A stretch of DNA of 64,000 nt, from the NCBI GenBank assembly GCA_045130875.1, contig JBGUQI010000011.1, positions 73,828-137,827 of the forward strand, read 5' to 3'. Positions 25,980-35,571 of the stretch are shown here, piece by piece (the stretch's first letter is position 1; each line of letters begins with the position of its first letter). Under the pieces are notes generated by a model. It ran no database searches. It was not told the origin of the DNA and saw nothing but the letters and a program-made list of their open reading frames with translations. A program made the translations under genes and the position numbers. This stretch comes from Bacilli bacterium (GTDB lineage: Bacteria; Bacillota_I; Bacilli_A; RFN20; CAG-826).

Positions 25980-28900
25980 GTTTTTTCCTCCTCGTGATGA
26001 TAAATATCAAAGCGGCAGTTAAGCAGAATGCCGTGGAGCAACCTAGGACAATATATAAAGGAATGTTTGGATCCGTTGCTTTTGTTGGTTGTTCATCAAT
26101 TACTAATTTATTGATATTTACTGTCAATAATCCGTTATCATATTTCAAAATTAGCGTGGTATTTCCGTCAGGTAATGTATCTAGCCAATCTTGGTAGAAG
26201 GTAATAGTGCCACTATCATATTTGTAATTATCAGCAGTTATATAACCACCCTCTATCTCAATGAGTTTGCCCTTGTTTTCTGTAACGCTAATAGTCAGCG
26301 GTTCTTTGTTGTTTGGATTGTAATCAATTGATAAAACGGTTTGGCCATTAAATGAAGGTTTTAGAGAATTGACAATTTCAATCTCAAATACTGTTTCGCT
26401 ATAGAAATCATCAGCATAATATGAAAGCAATGAGAACTGATATTTTCCTACTGTTAATGTTTGGAGAAAATCTTCATGGATAGTTACTTGGTTTCCGTTT
26501 ATCTCATAATCAGAGACGGTGATGCCGTTTCCTTTCACTTCAAGTTTTTCGTGCGGTGGGACAACAAAACGATATGTTAGCGATTGAGGATTATTAATAT
26601 CAAACGTTTGAATCCCACCTTCAATCTCTGGAGCGGTAGAATCCACAACTTTAATAATGATTGTTTCCGTACCTAGGGCGGTTTGAATCTCAAATTCGTG
26701 TTGTCCGTTATCTAATGTGGAAAGGAATTCTTTTCTGAAAACAATTCGTGAAGAAGTGATGCCATAATCAGAAGAGGTAATTCCGTTACCTATAATTGAA
26801 AGTACTGTGTCATTGTTCTTTAAATAATCAAATACACAATCATTGGGATGGTAAACATCAAATATTGAATTGTTATAATATAAATCGATTGTTTCGTTGT
26901 TTGATAACCTCAAAGGAACATATAGTAATTGATCGGTTTTGATTGCGATTCTATCAAAAGTGTCATCATATCCTTCTCTATAGAGAATTGCATCTGCAGG
27001 AATCATAATTCTCGCAGTGCCTTTCTTATAATCATAAGCAACCTGGAAGCCTGTTAAAGGAAGCATTTGAACATCATTCGCTAAATAGACATTTCTCACC
27101 ACAGATGAGCCAATATAGACATTTAAATCTAATGTGTTCATAGAATTCTTATTAAGAATTAATAAATCGTTTAGTGGTTTAGAACCATTGTCTAATTTGA
27201 TTCTAAACTCGGTGCCTTCTTGATCTTGCCAGAAGTGAGGGGTGAATAAACCATAGGCGAGGCCATTATCAAAATTGCTTCTTGTACACAATGTGGTTTC
27301 TTTAATCATTAATCCATTGATATAAATCTTTGTTGATTCTTCACCGATATCAAATGTAAATGTTTCATATCCTAAATCAGAACGTTTTAAGAACTCATGA
27401 GGTATTTGCTTATCAGGATCGGAATCAACCGCAGGTCTTCCAAAATAAGCGGAATTTAGATAGGTTCTACCCACACCAAAGACACCAAATAGCTCAGAGC
27501 ATCCATATCCAGCATCGTAATACATCTTATAGTCATTATTGGATAATGTAAGCGCAAATGAGGAACCCGCTAATGTTGGAACAGAAATGAAATCAACGAA
27601 GAAAGTAATTGGTTTTGTAACATCTAAGGCATGTTTAACTTTCACACCACCAGCAAAATCAGCGGTTTTGGGCCTTACATAATTGACATTGACCCAACCA
27701 TCATCATCAGAAGAAGTGATAACCGATCCGGTCGGTTCTTCCCACGTCAACATCGGAGTGAATGCGTCTTCATAATTGGTAAGAGATTCCCTAGAAACGA
27801 AAAGTGATAATTCACCATTATCAAACACGACTCTTAAAGGAGCGGCGTGTTGAGGGTCTAATCGATCTAAATATGTGGAACTGATAACCAACTTTTTAGT
27901 TTCCTTGTCAAAGGAATAATCTTGATTGGAAATGTTGTTGCCCATTAATTTATCAAACACACCATTATTGGTGTTAAATGACACTTCATAATTTCCAGAA
28001 ATCGCGACATCATATTTCTTGGAAAGATTATTTAAATAATACGGTTTAGCAGAATTACTAATAGTAACGGAAATATTCACAACACCATTATCATATTTGA
28101 CAACAAAGTTGTGTTCCCCATTAGTAAGGGATAACAAATGTGTTTTATCAAAGACGAGTAAGTCATTTCCATCAGTTCTATTAATCGAATAACTCTCCAC
28201 GATCGCTTTGTTTTCTGTGATAGAAATAAAAGCGCCACCACGAGCATTTATATTAAAAGAAATTGTTTGTTCATCAGCGGTAGTTTTTTCAAATTCTAAG
28301 CTGCTAGCACCAATTAATTCTGGATACTCACCAGCAAAAACTACCAGTGTGATACTGAAAGAAAGGTTGTTGTGAGTTTGACCGTAAAAGGTATAGGTTC
28401 CGACCGTTAAGGAAGCGATATAAGAAGATTTAATGACAATATAATTTCTACTCGTATCATAATACCAATCATTTTGAGTGATAGAATTACCAGTTAACGA
28501 ATTAATTGAGTCGTATTTAATGTTCACGGCATATTCAGCATCAGTTAAAGAATTGGCGTTTATTCTTTGTTCATTAACAAGAATCTCTGCTTGCTCAGAA
28601 GAAATAACATTGATAGTCAACGAGACACTACCAAAGGTAAAGTTTGCGGTTAAATTAATTACTTCTAATGGATTAAATTTAGATAAGAATTGGGACTTAA
28701 TTGTTAATTCGTTATTATTCATCAAATAATCTGAATTAGAAATATCATGACCAGTCACTGAGATAAGTTGATTCTCTCTTAATACAAACTCAAAGGTAAC
28801 ATCATTGCCTAAGTAAGCATCATATTCTTTAACATTATTTATACACACCGGGGGAGTTGAATCTGAAATTTTAATTTCAAAATCAATACCTTCGGTAACA

Positions 28901-29964
28901 TATAAAGAATAAGCTTTAAAGGTATGTGTTCCCACAGATAAAGTGGTTAAGTAACTGCCATTAATAATTATTTTTTCTTCAGAGGAATTGAAAGAATAAT
29001 CCGTTGATTGAATATCATTTCCGACGATTTCACTAAATGAATCACCATTTTGATAAGCATCGATTGTTAATTGATTATCGGTATGTTTATCAAAATCAAA
29101 AGATGAACCAACTAGTTCCATTTCTGCTTTTTCGGCAACGACTAAAGTTGAAGAAGCATAATCACTACCAAAAATAGCATGTAATTCATATACACCTAAA
29201 TTAACACTTTCTTTAATGAATTCTCCACTAATCGTAATTCTATCGTTTCCAAGCACATAATTGTCTGAGGGTATATTGTAATTTGCGGGGCCGGATAAGG
29301 TTAATGATGATACTGTTGCATGGCAATATTTGAAACCAAACGAGACATCTTGCTCACTGTTTTTGATTGTCGTTCTACGGCTATCAGTAAATGAGGCTTT
29401 GCCAACCCTAATTTTAGCCAAGAAATTTGCATTTGTTTCAAGTTGGAAAACAAGCCTTGCTCCAGCGGCATAAGCACTCTTTTTGACTTGAGAAGTAGTA
29501 ATTAAATAACCATTGTAATAATACTTGGTTCCGGTGTCGGTGAAATCAATGTGGAAATGTTGATATCCTGAAGCATTGTCATGTCCAGGATCACCCCAAT
29601 ATCCCATAGTTTGAAAATTAACGCCGCCCCAATATCTCTGCATGATAATCCAGTCTTGGTGGTTGCCATTCGCATCATCCACGATGAAAGTGAATCTCAC
29701 ATCATCATTAATAAATTCAATATAAAAATCGACCGAATCATTTTCGACACCGCCATCATAGGTGAATGAGTCACCATAATTCATATTCAAAGAAACACCA
29801 CCATCGGCAAGAGGAGTGAAGCTTGCACTAGAAGAACCAATGTTGCTAAAACCATTAACATCCCCATCAGCGCGGCTTAAAAAGCAATTTCTTTCAAAAC
29901 CTAAAAGAGAAACCGCTAAAGCGATGGGTATTAATAATAAAGACAAAGTTCTCATGCGTTTCAT
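25963..29964 (-). CDS. Giant tail-anchored surface protein: two lectin-like domains plus ~10 Ig-like ~85-90-aa repeats
   Basis: 1333 aa with a signal peptide. It has an N-terminal and a central ConA/LamG-like domain. The repeats share the pattern G(N/H).I...DY......L.I...(Y/F)L..L..G.(H/Y).F. The C-terminus is a TM helix plus RRKKHEKTK. Confidence 0.65.
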   Translation of the reverse strand: MKRMRTLSLLLIPIALAVSLLGFERNCFLSRADGDVNGFSNIGSSSASFTPLADGGVSLNMNYGDSFTYDGGVENDSVDFYIEFINDDVRFTFIVDDANGNHQDWIIMQRYWGGVNFQTMGYWGDPGHDNASGYQHFHIDFTDTGTKYYYNGYLITTSQVKKSAYAAGARLVFQLETNANFLAKIRVGKASFTDSRRTTIKNSEQDVSFGFKYCHATVSSLTLSGPANYNIPSDNYVLGNDRITISGEFIKESVNLGVYELHAIFGSDYASSTLVVAEKAEMELVGSSFDFDKHTDNQLTIDAYQNGDSFSEIVGNDIQSTDYSFNSSEEKIIINGSYLTTLSVGTHTFKAYSLYVTEGIDFEIKISDSTPPVCINNVKEYDAYLGNDVTFEFVLRENQLISVTGHDISNSDYLMNNNELTIKSQFLSKFNPLEVINLTANFTFGSVSLTINVISSEQAEILVNEQRINANSLTDAEYAVNIKYDSINSLTGNSITQNDWYYDTSRNYIVIKSSYIASLTVGTYTFYGQTHNNLSFSITLVVFAGEYPELIGASSLEFEKTTADEQTISFNINARGGAFISITENKAIVESYSINRTDGNDLLVFDKTHLLSLTNGEHNFVVKYDNGVVNISVTISNSAKPYYLNNLSKKYDVAISGNYEVSFNTNNGVFDKLMGNNISNQDYSFDKETKKLVISSTYLDRLDPQHAAPLRVVFDNGELSLFVSRESLTNYEDAFTPMLTWEEPTGSVITSSDDDGWVNVNYVRPKTADFAGGVKVKHALDVTKPITFFVDFISVPTLAGSSFALTLSNNDYKMYYDAGYGCSELFGVFGVGRTYLNSAYFGRPAVDSDPDKQIPHEFLKRSDLGYETFTFDIGEESTKIYINGLMIKETTLCTRSNFDNGLAYGLFTPHFWQDQEGTEFRIKLDNGSKPLNDLLILNKNSMNTLDLNVYIGSSVVRNVYLANDVQMLPLTGFQVAYDYKKGTARIMIPADAILYREGYDDTFDRIAIKTDQLLYVPLRLSNNETIDLYYNNSIFDVYHPNDCVFDYLKNNDTVLSIIGNGITSSDYGITSSRIVFRKEFLSTLDNGQHEFEIQTALGTETIIIKVVDSTAPEIEGGIQTFDINNPQSLTYRFVVPPHEKLEVKGNGITVSDYEINGNQVTIHEDFLQTLTVGKYQFSLLSYYADDFYSETVFEIEIVNSLKPSFNGQTVLSIDYNPNNKEPLTISVTENKGKLIEIEGGYITADNYKYDSGTITFYQDWLDTLPDGNTTLILKYDNGLLTVNINKLVIDEQPTKATDPNIPLYIVLGCSTAFCLTAALIFIITRRKKHEKTK
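26101..29382 (-). repeat. Diverged coding repeats (Ig-like ~85-90-aa modules), approximate span
   Basis: Examples: IVGNDIQSTDYSFNSSEEKIIINGSYLTTLSVGTHTFKA; VTGHDISNSDYLMNNNELTIKSQFLSKF; LMGNNISNQDYSFDKETKKLVISSTYLDRL; IIGNGITSSDYGITSSRIVFRKEFLSTLDNGQHEF; VKGNGITVSDYEINGNQVTIHEDFLQTLTVGKYQF. The repeats are at protein level; the DNA copies are diverged. Confidence 0.6.
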
Positions 29965-32573
29965 TATTTAATGCTCCCTGAAATATGATATGTTCCAAAC
30001 GGAATTGCATTTGTGTTTAAAGATTTATCATTAATCTTAATATTTTTTAAATCATCCAAATGTAACAAACCTTGACATGAGAATGGTATTTTTATTTCCA
30101 AGTCAACCTGATTGTTTTGTTTGATAAAGGATATAGAAGCTTGTCCAAAACATGTTTCTTTTGAAGCAAATGCTTTATTAATGTTTCCAGTTAAATATGG
30201 GTTGAGTTCAATTGTTCTATCCACACCCAAATGATTTAAGTCAAGACCAGCAACAAAACGATAGAACCACTCACAAACACTGCCAAGCATTGGATGATTG
30301 TGGGTAACACCATATCCTGTTTGTGGATAGCCATCACGCAATAAATAAGATGGACCATCTCTTTCTTCAAAGCCTTCCCATAGCGTTGTAGCGCCACGTT
30401 CAATCATGTATCCATAACTTGGATACGTTTTTCCAGTGATAATCTTTTCTAAAACATCTCTTCTTCCATATTTGGTGAGAATTTTAAACATTAAAGGTGT
30501 CCCAAAAATGCCTGTCTCAAGGTGATAATTTAAATCCTTTGCTATGTGTTCAATGCCTTTGTCTAAACACATTAACGATTCCTTGTCATCCAAGATTTCT
30601 AAATCCAAGCCAAAGAAACAAGCCCCCTTACCGCCTTTGCAGAATTCGTGGGTCTGATAATTATAATATCTATTCAAAAATACTTTAGTCTCAAATTTGA
30701 GAAGGGTGTTTAACCAATTTAAATCAGTGTTTTTACCAAGGATTTGCGCAATTTTGATAACTAATTGAATAGAAAGAATGAAGAAATAAGTATTAGCAAA
30801 CGGAATATCCAAATCAATCAAAGTCGGATTGAACCATTCACCAATACACCATCCCTTTTCTTCTCTTACGATAATTCCATCACCATCATGTCTAGTGTTT
30901 AAGTATTTAATCCAATTAATCATTCCGTCATATCCCTTATCAAGGACGCTGACATCACCATAATAGAGATAATAAGAATACGGAACGATAATACAGCCAC
31001 TACCAAAACCTGGACCGCCACCACCGGCCGCAAATGGAGCGGTATGAGGCATATATCCAGTAATGCTCTGTGCATCTCTAATATCTTTAATCCATTTCTT
31101 ATAGGTTAGTCTCATGTCAAAAGCATACATAGCTGCCAACATGGAGACATGCCCATCTCCCAAGAATCCTCTTCTTTCTCTATGAGGACAATCCGTGGGA
31201 ACGTTTCCGTGAAGATTGGAAAGTTGAGTGTATTTATAGTTTTGATAAATTTGATTGATGACAGGGTTGTCACAAGAAAAATCGCCATCAAACTTAACAA
31301 ATGAATAAACAAACTTTGATTCGATATTAATAATGTCAAAATTATTATCTGCAACTATCTTTACATATCTATATCCGTGAATAGTGAATTCGGGAACAAA
31401 ATGATCTTCGTTGCCACTTAAATAAAGTTCATCGGTCTGAATGTGGCCACCCCAACTAGAGCTATAGACATCAATATCACCATCCTTGGTTCTATTTTCA
31501 CCATATACTAAGGTGACATGAGTCCCTTTTTTGCCTTTAATAACTAAGTCGAGAATACCAGAATGGTTTTGTCCAAAATCCACTAAACAACCATATTGGT
31601 TATAAAGTATTTGCTTTGCGGATATGATTTCACCACATTTATCAGATGGTTCTTTTTGCCACAAGAATTCACCCGGCAATTCCTTTAAAAGTTTGGGTGA
31701 AGACAACTCTTCTTTTTTAAATTCATCCCAACACAAACGATTGGGGATATTAAAATCAATTATCTCTCCAGTATATAGAGTGTTCTTTAAAAACCTAGTC
31801 CCCGCCACAAAAGTGTCTTGATCTGAAACAAATGACTCTTTTGTGCCATCTAAATATTCCACCCTCAACTCAAACAAGAGTCTGGGTTCGCCATAATAAA
31901 AATTTCCTTCATTGGGTTTTTCTCTGTTTTTATACCAACCATTTCCAACAATGAAAGCTAAGGAATTGTGGGCATCTAATAATTCCTTTACGTCATAGCA
32001 AAGATAGTAAGCGCTTTTTCTTGTTCCTATAGGAAATGTTTCGAACAGTCCGTCTAATGGCCTGTCTGTGTAATCCGATACTTGAGGCACAAAACCATCG
32101 CTTCCAACTCTTCTACCATTAATATAGGCAGCAAAATAACCAAGGCCAGAAACATATAGTCTTGCCCTAAATATAGTCTTATTGTTCAAATCAACTCTTT
32201 TTATAAATAATGGGGCAATATCAGAAATTTGCTTTCTGGTAATCCATCTCGCTTCAAAATCATCCTTAAGGAGCCCCTTAGAAAACTTACTGTATTCAAC
32301 GTTGTTTCCACTTTTAATGGCAAATACATAATCTGTGTCCGATTTAAATATGTCTGATGAAACCAAAACAGAAGAAACTTTAAGATAATCAAACACTTCA
32401 CTTTGATAAACATAATTGCCTTTTTCTAAATCCTGTTTAGTTTTGGCTATTAATAACTGATATGTAGTTTCTTCACCATTAGAGCCATCCATAGTAAAAG
32501 AAAAATCAAAAATTTCATCAGTTAATGAAATCGGCTCATAGCATCCGCACACTTTCAAATTATAGATTTTCAT
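29964..32573 (-). CDS. Alpha-L-rhamnosidase, GH78 (second subtype, cytoplasmic)
   Basis: 869 aa with motifs PTDCPHRERRGFLGDGH and HPMLGSVCEWFY. First gene of the operon divergent from an AraC gene. Confidence 0.85.
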   Translation of the reverse strand: MKIYNLKVCGCYEPISLTDEIFDFSFTMDGSNGEETTYQLLIAKTKQDLEKGNYVYQSEVFDYLKVSSVLVSSDIFKSDTDYVFAIKSGNNVEYSKFSKGLLKDDFEARWITRKQISDIAPLFIKRVDLNNKTIFRARLYVSGLGYFAAYINGRRVGSDGFVPQVSDYTDRPLDGLFETFPIGTRKSAYYLCYDVKELLDAHNSLAFIVGNGWYKNREKPNEGNFYYGEPRLLFELRVEYLDGTKESFVSDQDTFVAGTRFLKNTLYTGEIIDFNIPNRLCWDEFKKEELSSPKLLKELPGEFLWQKEPSDKCGEIISAKQILYNQYGCLVDFGQNHSGILDLVIKGKKGTHVTLVYGENRTKDGDIDVYSSSWGGHIQTDELYLSGNEDHFVPEFTIHGYRYVKIVADNNFDIINIESKFVYSFVKFDGDFSCDNPVINQIYQNYKYTQLSNLHGNVPTDCPHRERRGFLGDGHVSMLAAMYAFDMRLTYKKWIKDIRDAQSITGYMPHTAPFAAGGGGPGFGSGCIIVPYSYYLYYGDVSVLDKGYDGMINWIKYLNTRHDGDGIIVREEKGWCIGEWFNPTLIDLDIPFANTYFFILSIQLVIKIAQILGKNTDLNWLNTLLKFETKVFLNRYYNYQTHEFCKGGKGACFFGLDLEILDDKESLMCLDKGIEHIAKDLNYHLETGIFGTPLMFKILTKYGRRDVLEKIITGKTYPSYGYMIERGATTLWEGFEERDGPSYLLRDGYPQTGYGVTHNHPMLGSVCEWFYRFVAGLDLNHLGVDRTIELNPYLTGNINKAFASKETCFGQASISFIKQNNQVDLEIKIPFSCQGLLHLDDLKNIKINDKSLNTNAIPFGTYHISGSIK

Positions 32574-32721
32574 AATTAAAGGATCTCTGAAATGCTCTGT
32601 TCTAATGTTTTGACATTTTTATTATAAAATAACTTTTTTGTGCTTAACATTACATAAAATATATAAAAATATGCACTTTTGTTGTTTTTTGAACATTCAA
32701 AACATATACTTATTTATAAAG

Positions 32722-33501
32722 ATGGAAGAGATATATAACTTTAATTTTATAATCCATGAGGCGAGCTATACAACCGTTGATAAGGAATGGGAACGTGTTG
32801 TTGCGGTTTATCCATACTATCGTATTTACTATGTAACTGATGGTTTTGCGGAAATCTTTTTTAAACAAGGTTCTATTGTTTTAGAACCGGGTTATCTTTA
32901 TTTTTTGCCCGCTTTTACAGTAGTGAGATCTTATTTATATAAAAAAATGACCCACTACTATATGCACTTTATTCAAGAAGATGCTTTTTCCCCAAACAAT
33001 TTGTTAAATTCATTTAAGTTCAAGCAAAAAATAAAAGCTGACAAGATGGTAGAAAGCGTCTTTAAAAAAGCAATGGCGCACAGATTTGGTGAAACAACAA
33101 AAGACAAACTTGTTTTAGACTCTTCACTTAAATACTTTTTGAGTCAATTAATAGATGAGAAAATTGAAAGAAACTATCCACAATGGGTGGAAGAAATCAT
33201 CAATTATACAAAAGAACACATTTATGAAGGCCTAACAGTTAATCAGCTCGCAGAAATCGCTGGCTATGACCGAACCTATTTTTCAGTCATCTTTAAAAAA
33301 CATTTTAAGCAATCTCCAAAGCAATACATTTTGAATGAAAAAATAAAAGCTGCTCAATTACTATTTACCAATGAAAAAATGTCTATTTCCGACATAGCAG
33401 AAAAGCTTTCTTTTCTTTCAGGAATGTACTTTTCTAGAATATTTAAAAAGAAGACGGGTTTAACGCCTTCTGATTACAAAAGAAAACTATCCAATTCTTA
33501 G
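32722..33501 (+). CDS. AraC-family transcriptional regulator
   Basis: The C-terminal double HTH reads LTVNQLAEIAGYDRTYFSVIFKKHF...ISDIAEKLSFLSGMYFSRIFKKKTGLTPSDY, and the N-terminal domain is cupin-like. The start is uncertain: the ORF track begins at 32638, and MEEIYNF at 32722 gives a normal length. Confidence 0.8.
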   Translation: MEEIYNFNFIIHEASYTTVDKEWERVVAVYPYYRIYYVTDGFAEIFFKQGSIVLEPGYLYFLPAFTVVRSYLYKKMTHYYMHFIQEDAFSPNNLLNSFKFKQKIKADKMVESVFKKAMAHRFGETTKDKLVLDSSLKYFLSQLIDEKIERNYPQWVEEIINYTKEHIYEGLTVNQLAEIAGYDRTYFSVIFKKHFKQSPKQYILNEKIKAAQLLFTNEKMSISDIAEKLSFLSGMYFSRIFKKKTGLTPSDYKRKLSNS

Positions 33502-33538
33502 TGAATATATTTTCTTTTTTTGTTTAGTTGTTTTAGAA

Positions 33539-34117
33539 CTATTCAGGTTTCTTATCGAAATCTAAAGTGAGGTCATAGTCACCGAGCTTATGAACTTTGA
33601 AGCCGTTCTTTTTATATTCTTCGTAATCGAAGGCTTCTAATTCATCAATGGCTAACTTATGGAATTCATAGAAGTTATGCCACCATTCCCAACCGGAACC
33701 TAAGGAATTGGCTAAATAGGCATCAGCGATATCACAAGCTGTTTGAGGAGCAACATAGAAAGCACCCATTGCTAATACGTTAACACCATTACCGGTAATT
33801 GCCCTAATTGCTGCGGGAAGAGATTCTACAACACCGGCATGGACGTGTGGACATTTAGATGCGGCGATATGAATACCCATACCTGTACCACAGAAGACTA
33901 GCGCTCTTTCATAGTTGCCTTCGGCAATTTCGGCACCTACTCTTAAGCCGACACGATGGAACATTAAATCTGTGTCTTTAGGATCAGAATCTGCTTTGAC
34001 ACCTAAATCTAAGATTTGCCAGCCTTTCTTTCTTAAGTGTTCACAGACAACTTCCTTTAAAGGATAACCAGCGAAGTCTGCACCCACTACTAATTGTTTG
34101 TCTTTAACCATTTTCAT
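33539..34117 (-). CDS. RpiB/LacA/LacB-family sugar(-phosphate) isomerase-like protein with C-terminal extension
   Basis: 192 aa with VVGADFAGYPLK and catalytic-Cys block LVFCGTGMGIHIAASK. It has about 45 extra C-terminal residues. RBS GGAGGT upstream. Last gene of the second operon. Confidence 0.7.
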   Translation of the reverse strand: MKMVKDKQLVVGADFAGYPLKEVVCEHLRKKGWQILDLGVKADSDPKDTDLMFHRVGLRVGAEIAEGNYERALVFCGTGMGIHIAASKCPHVHAGVVESLPAAIRAITGNGVNVLAMGAFYVAPQTACDIADAYLANSLGSGWEWWHNFYEFHKLAIDELEAFDYEEYKKNGFKVHKLGDYDLTLDFDKKPE

Positions 34118-34135
34118 AAATACTATTTACCTCCA

Positions 34136-35566
34136 TTAGAAAATTAGTTTTGTTGTATCTATGTCAAACAAATGTAAATTGTTTAAATTGAACCCTAATT
34201 CAATTGTATCACCAATAGAAATTAAATCATTGTCACTAACTTTGCTAATCAAACGATGATTATCTAAAGCAAAGTGTACATAGTATTCTCTACCTAATAA
34301 TTCAGATAATTCCACTTTGGTTTTGAAAGATTTAGAAAGGGTAATCTTCTTTGTGGTATCTTCTGGACGAACAACATCCTCAGGACGAATACCAATATTC
34401 ACCATATGAACTTTACTCTTCACTGCTTCCTGATATTTAGCGAGTAATGGTTCTTCTTTTTCTAATTCTAACTTAACAAAGTTAAGATAATTGGAATCAG
34501 CATATAGTGAATCCTTTTCAACCTTTTCTTTATTAGCTTTTTTCTGAGCGAATTCTTCACCATTTTGAATCTCTTGTTTTAAGAATGCCACTCTTTCAGA
34601 AAGTCTATTGATTTCTGATTCATAAAATTCATCATGTTTTTTAACAAACTCTTTACTCAAAGCAATTGAATAAACATCTCCAATAGATAATTTGCCATTA
34701 TCGTATTTGGCTTCAAAGATATTCATTGCGGGTGAACCGATGAAAGTGGCCACGAAGATATTCGCTGGATTATTGTAAATCTCTCTAGGAGTACCAATCT
34801 GTTGAATATAACCATCTTTCATGACAACGATACGATCCGCCATAGTCATAGCTTCTGTTTGGTCATGGGTAACATAGATTGTCGTAGACTTTAATTCGTT
34901 ATGAAGTCTCACAATCTCACTTCTCATTTGCACTCTGAGTTTTGCATCTAAGTTAGATAATGGTTCATCCATTAAGAATAGATTACTATTTCTAACAATC
35001 GCTCTACCTAAAGCCACACGTTGGCATTGGCCACCAGATAAGGCGCTTGGCTTTCTATCTAAGTAATCAGTTAAGTCCAAAATCTTCGCTGCTTCTTCCA
35101 CTCTCTTTTTAATCTCATCACGAGGGGTGTGTCTCATTCTTAGACCAAAGGCTAAATTGTCATAAACATTTAGATGTGGATATAAAGCATAGTTTTGGAA
35201 GACCATCGCAATATTCCTATCTTTGGGCTCTAAATCATTAGAATATTCACCATTGATATATAAATCACCATAGGTAATCTCTTCTAATCCCGCAATCATT
35301 CTTAACGTTGTGGATTTACCACATCCAGAAGGACCGACAAAGACGATAAATTCATTAGGCATGATATCAAGATTGAAATCATAGACAGCTTGCACGTGGT
35401 TGGGATAAATCTTATTGATGTTTCTTAAGGAAACGAAAGCACCTTCAGGAGCAATCTTATCTTCCTTTCTTAAAACATCGGCTTTTTTAAGCATCTCTTT
35501 ATGAACGCGTTCACGTTCTTTTTGAAGGATTCTTTCTTCTTTGGTTTTTCTTTTAAATAACGCCAT
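34136..35566 (-). CDS. MsmK/MalK/UgpC-type sugar ABC transporter ATPase with N-terminal extension and coiled-coil insert
   Basis: 476 aa with Walker [10 protein letters not shown], signature LSGGQCQR and Walker [13 protein letters not shown]. It has a ~45-aa Lys/Arg/Glu-rich N-terminal extension and a ~90-aa charged insert in the C-terminal regulatory domain. Confidence 0.85.
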   Translation of the reverse strand: MALFKRKTKEERILQKERERVHKEMLKKADVLRKEDKIAPEGAFVSLRNINKIYPNHVQAVYDFNLDIMPNEFIVFVGPSGCGKSTTLRMIAGLEEITYGDLYINGEYSNDLEPKDRNIAMVFQNYALYPHLNVYDNLAFGLRMRHTPRDEIKKRVEEAAKILDLTDYLDRKPSALSGGQCQRVALGRAIVRNSNLFLMDEPLSNLDAKLRVQMRSEIVRLHNELKSTTIYVTHDQTEAMTMADRIVVMKDGYIQQIGTPREIYNNPANIFVATFIGSPAMNIFEAKYDNGKLSIGDVYSIALSKEFVKKHDEFYESEINRLSERVAFLKQEIQNGEEFAQKKANKEKVEKDSLYADSNYLNFVKLELEKEEPLLAKYQEAVKSKVHMVNIGIRPEDVVRPEDTTKKITLSKSFKTKVELSELLGREYYVHFALDNHRLISKVSDNDLISIGDTIELGFNLNNLHLFDIDTTKLIF

Positions 35567-35571
35567 AACAA

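Noticed and set aside
32638-32721. 28-codon N-terminal extension of the AraC ORF (MCLTLHKIYKNMHFCCFLNIQNIYLFIK)
   Set aside because: The extension covers promoter-like and palindromic DNA, is hydrophobic and low-complexity, and would give an atypically long AraC N-terminus. The start at 32722 is preferred, though no strong RBS supports either choice.
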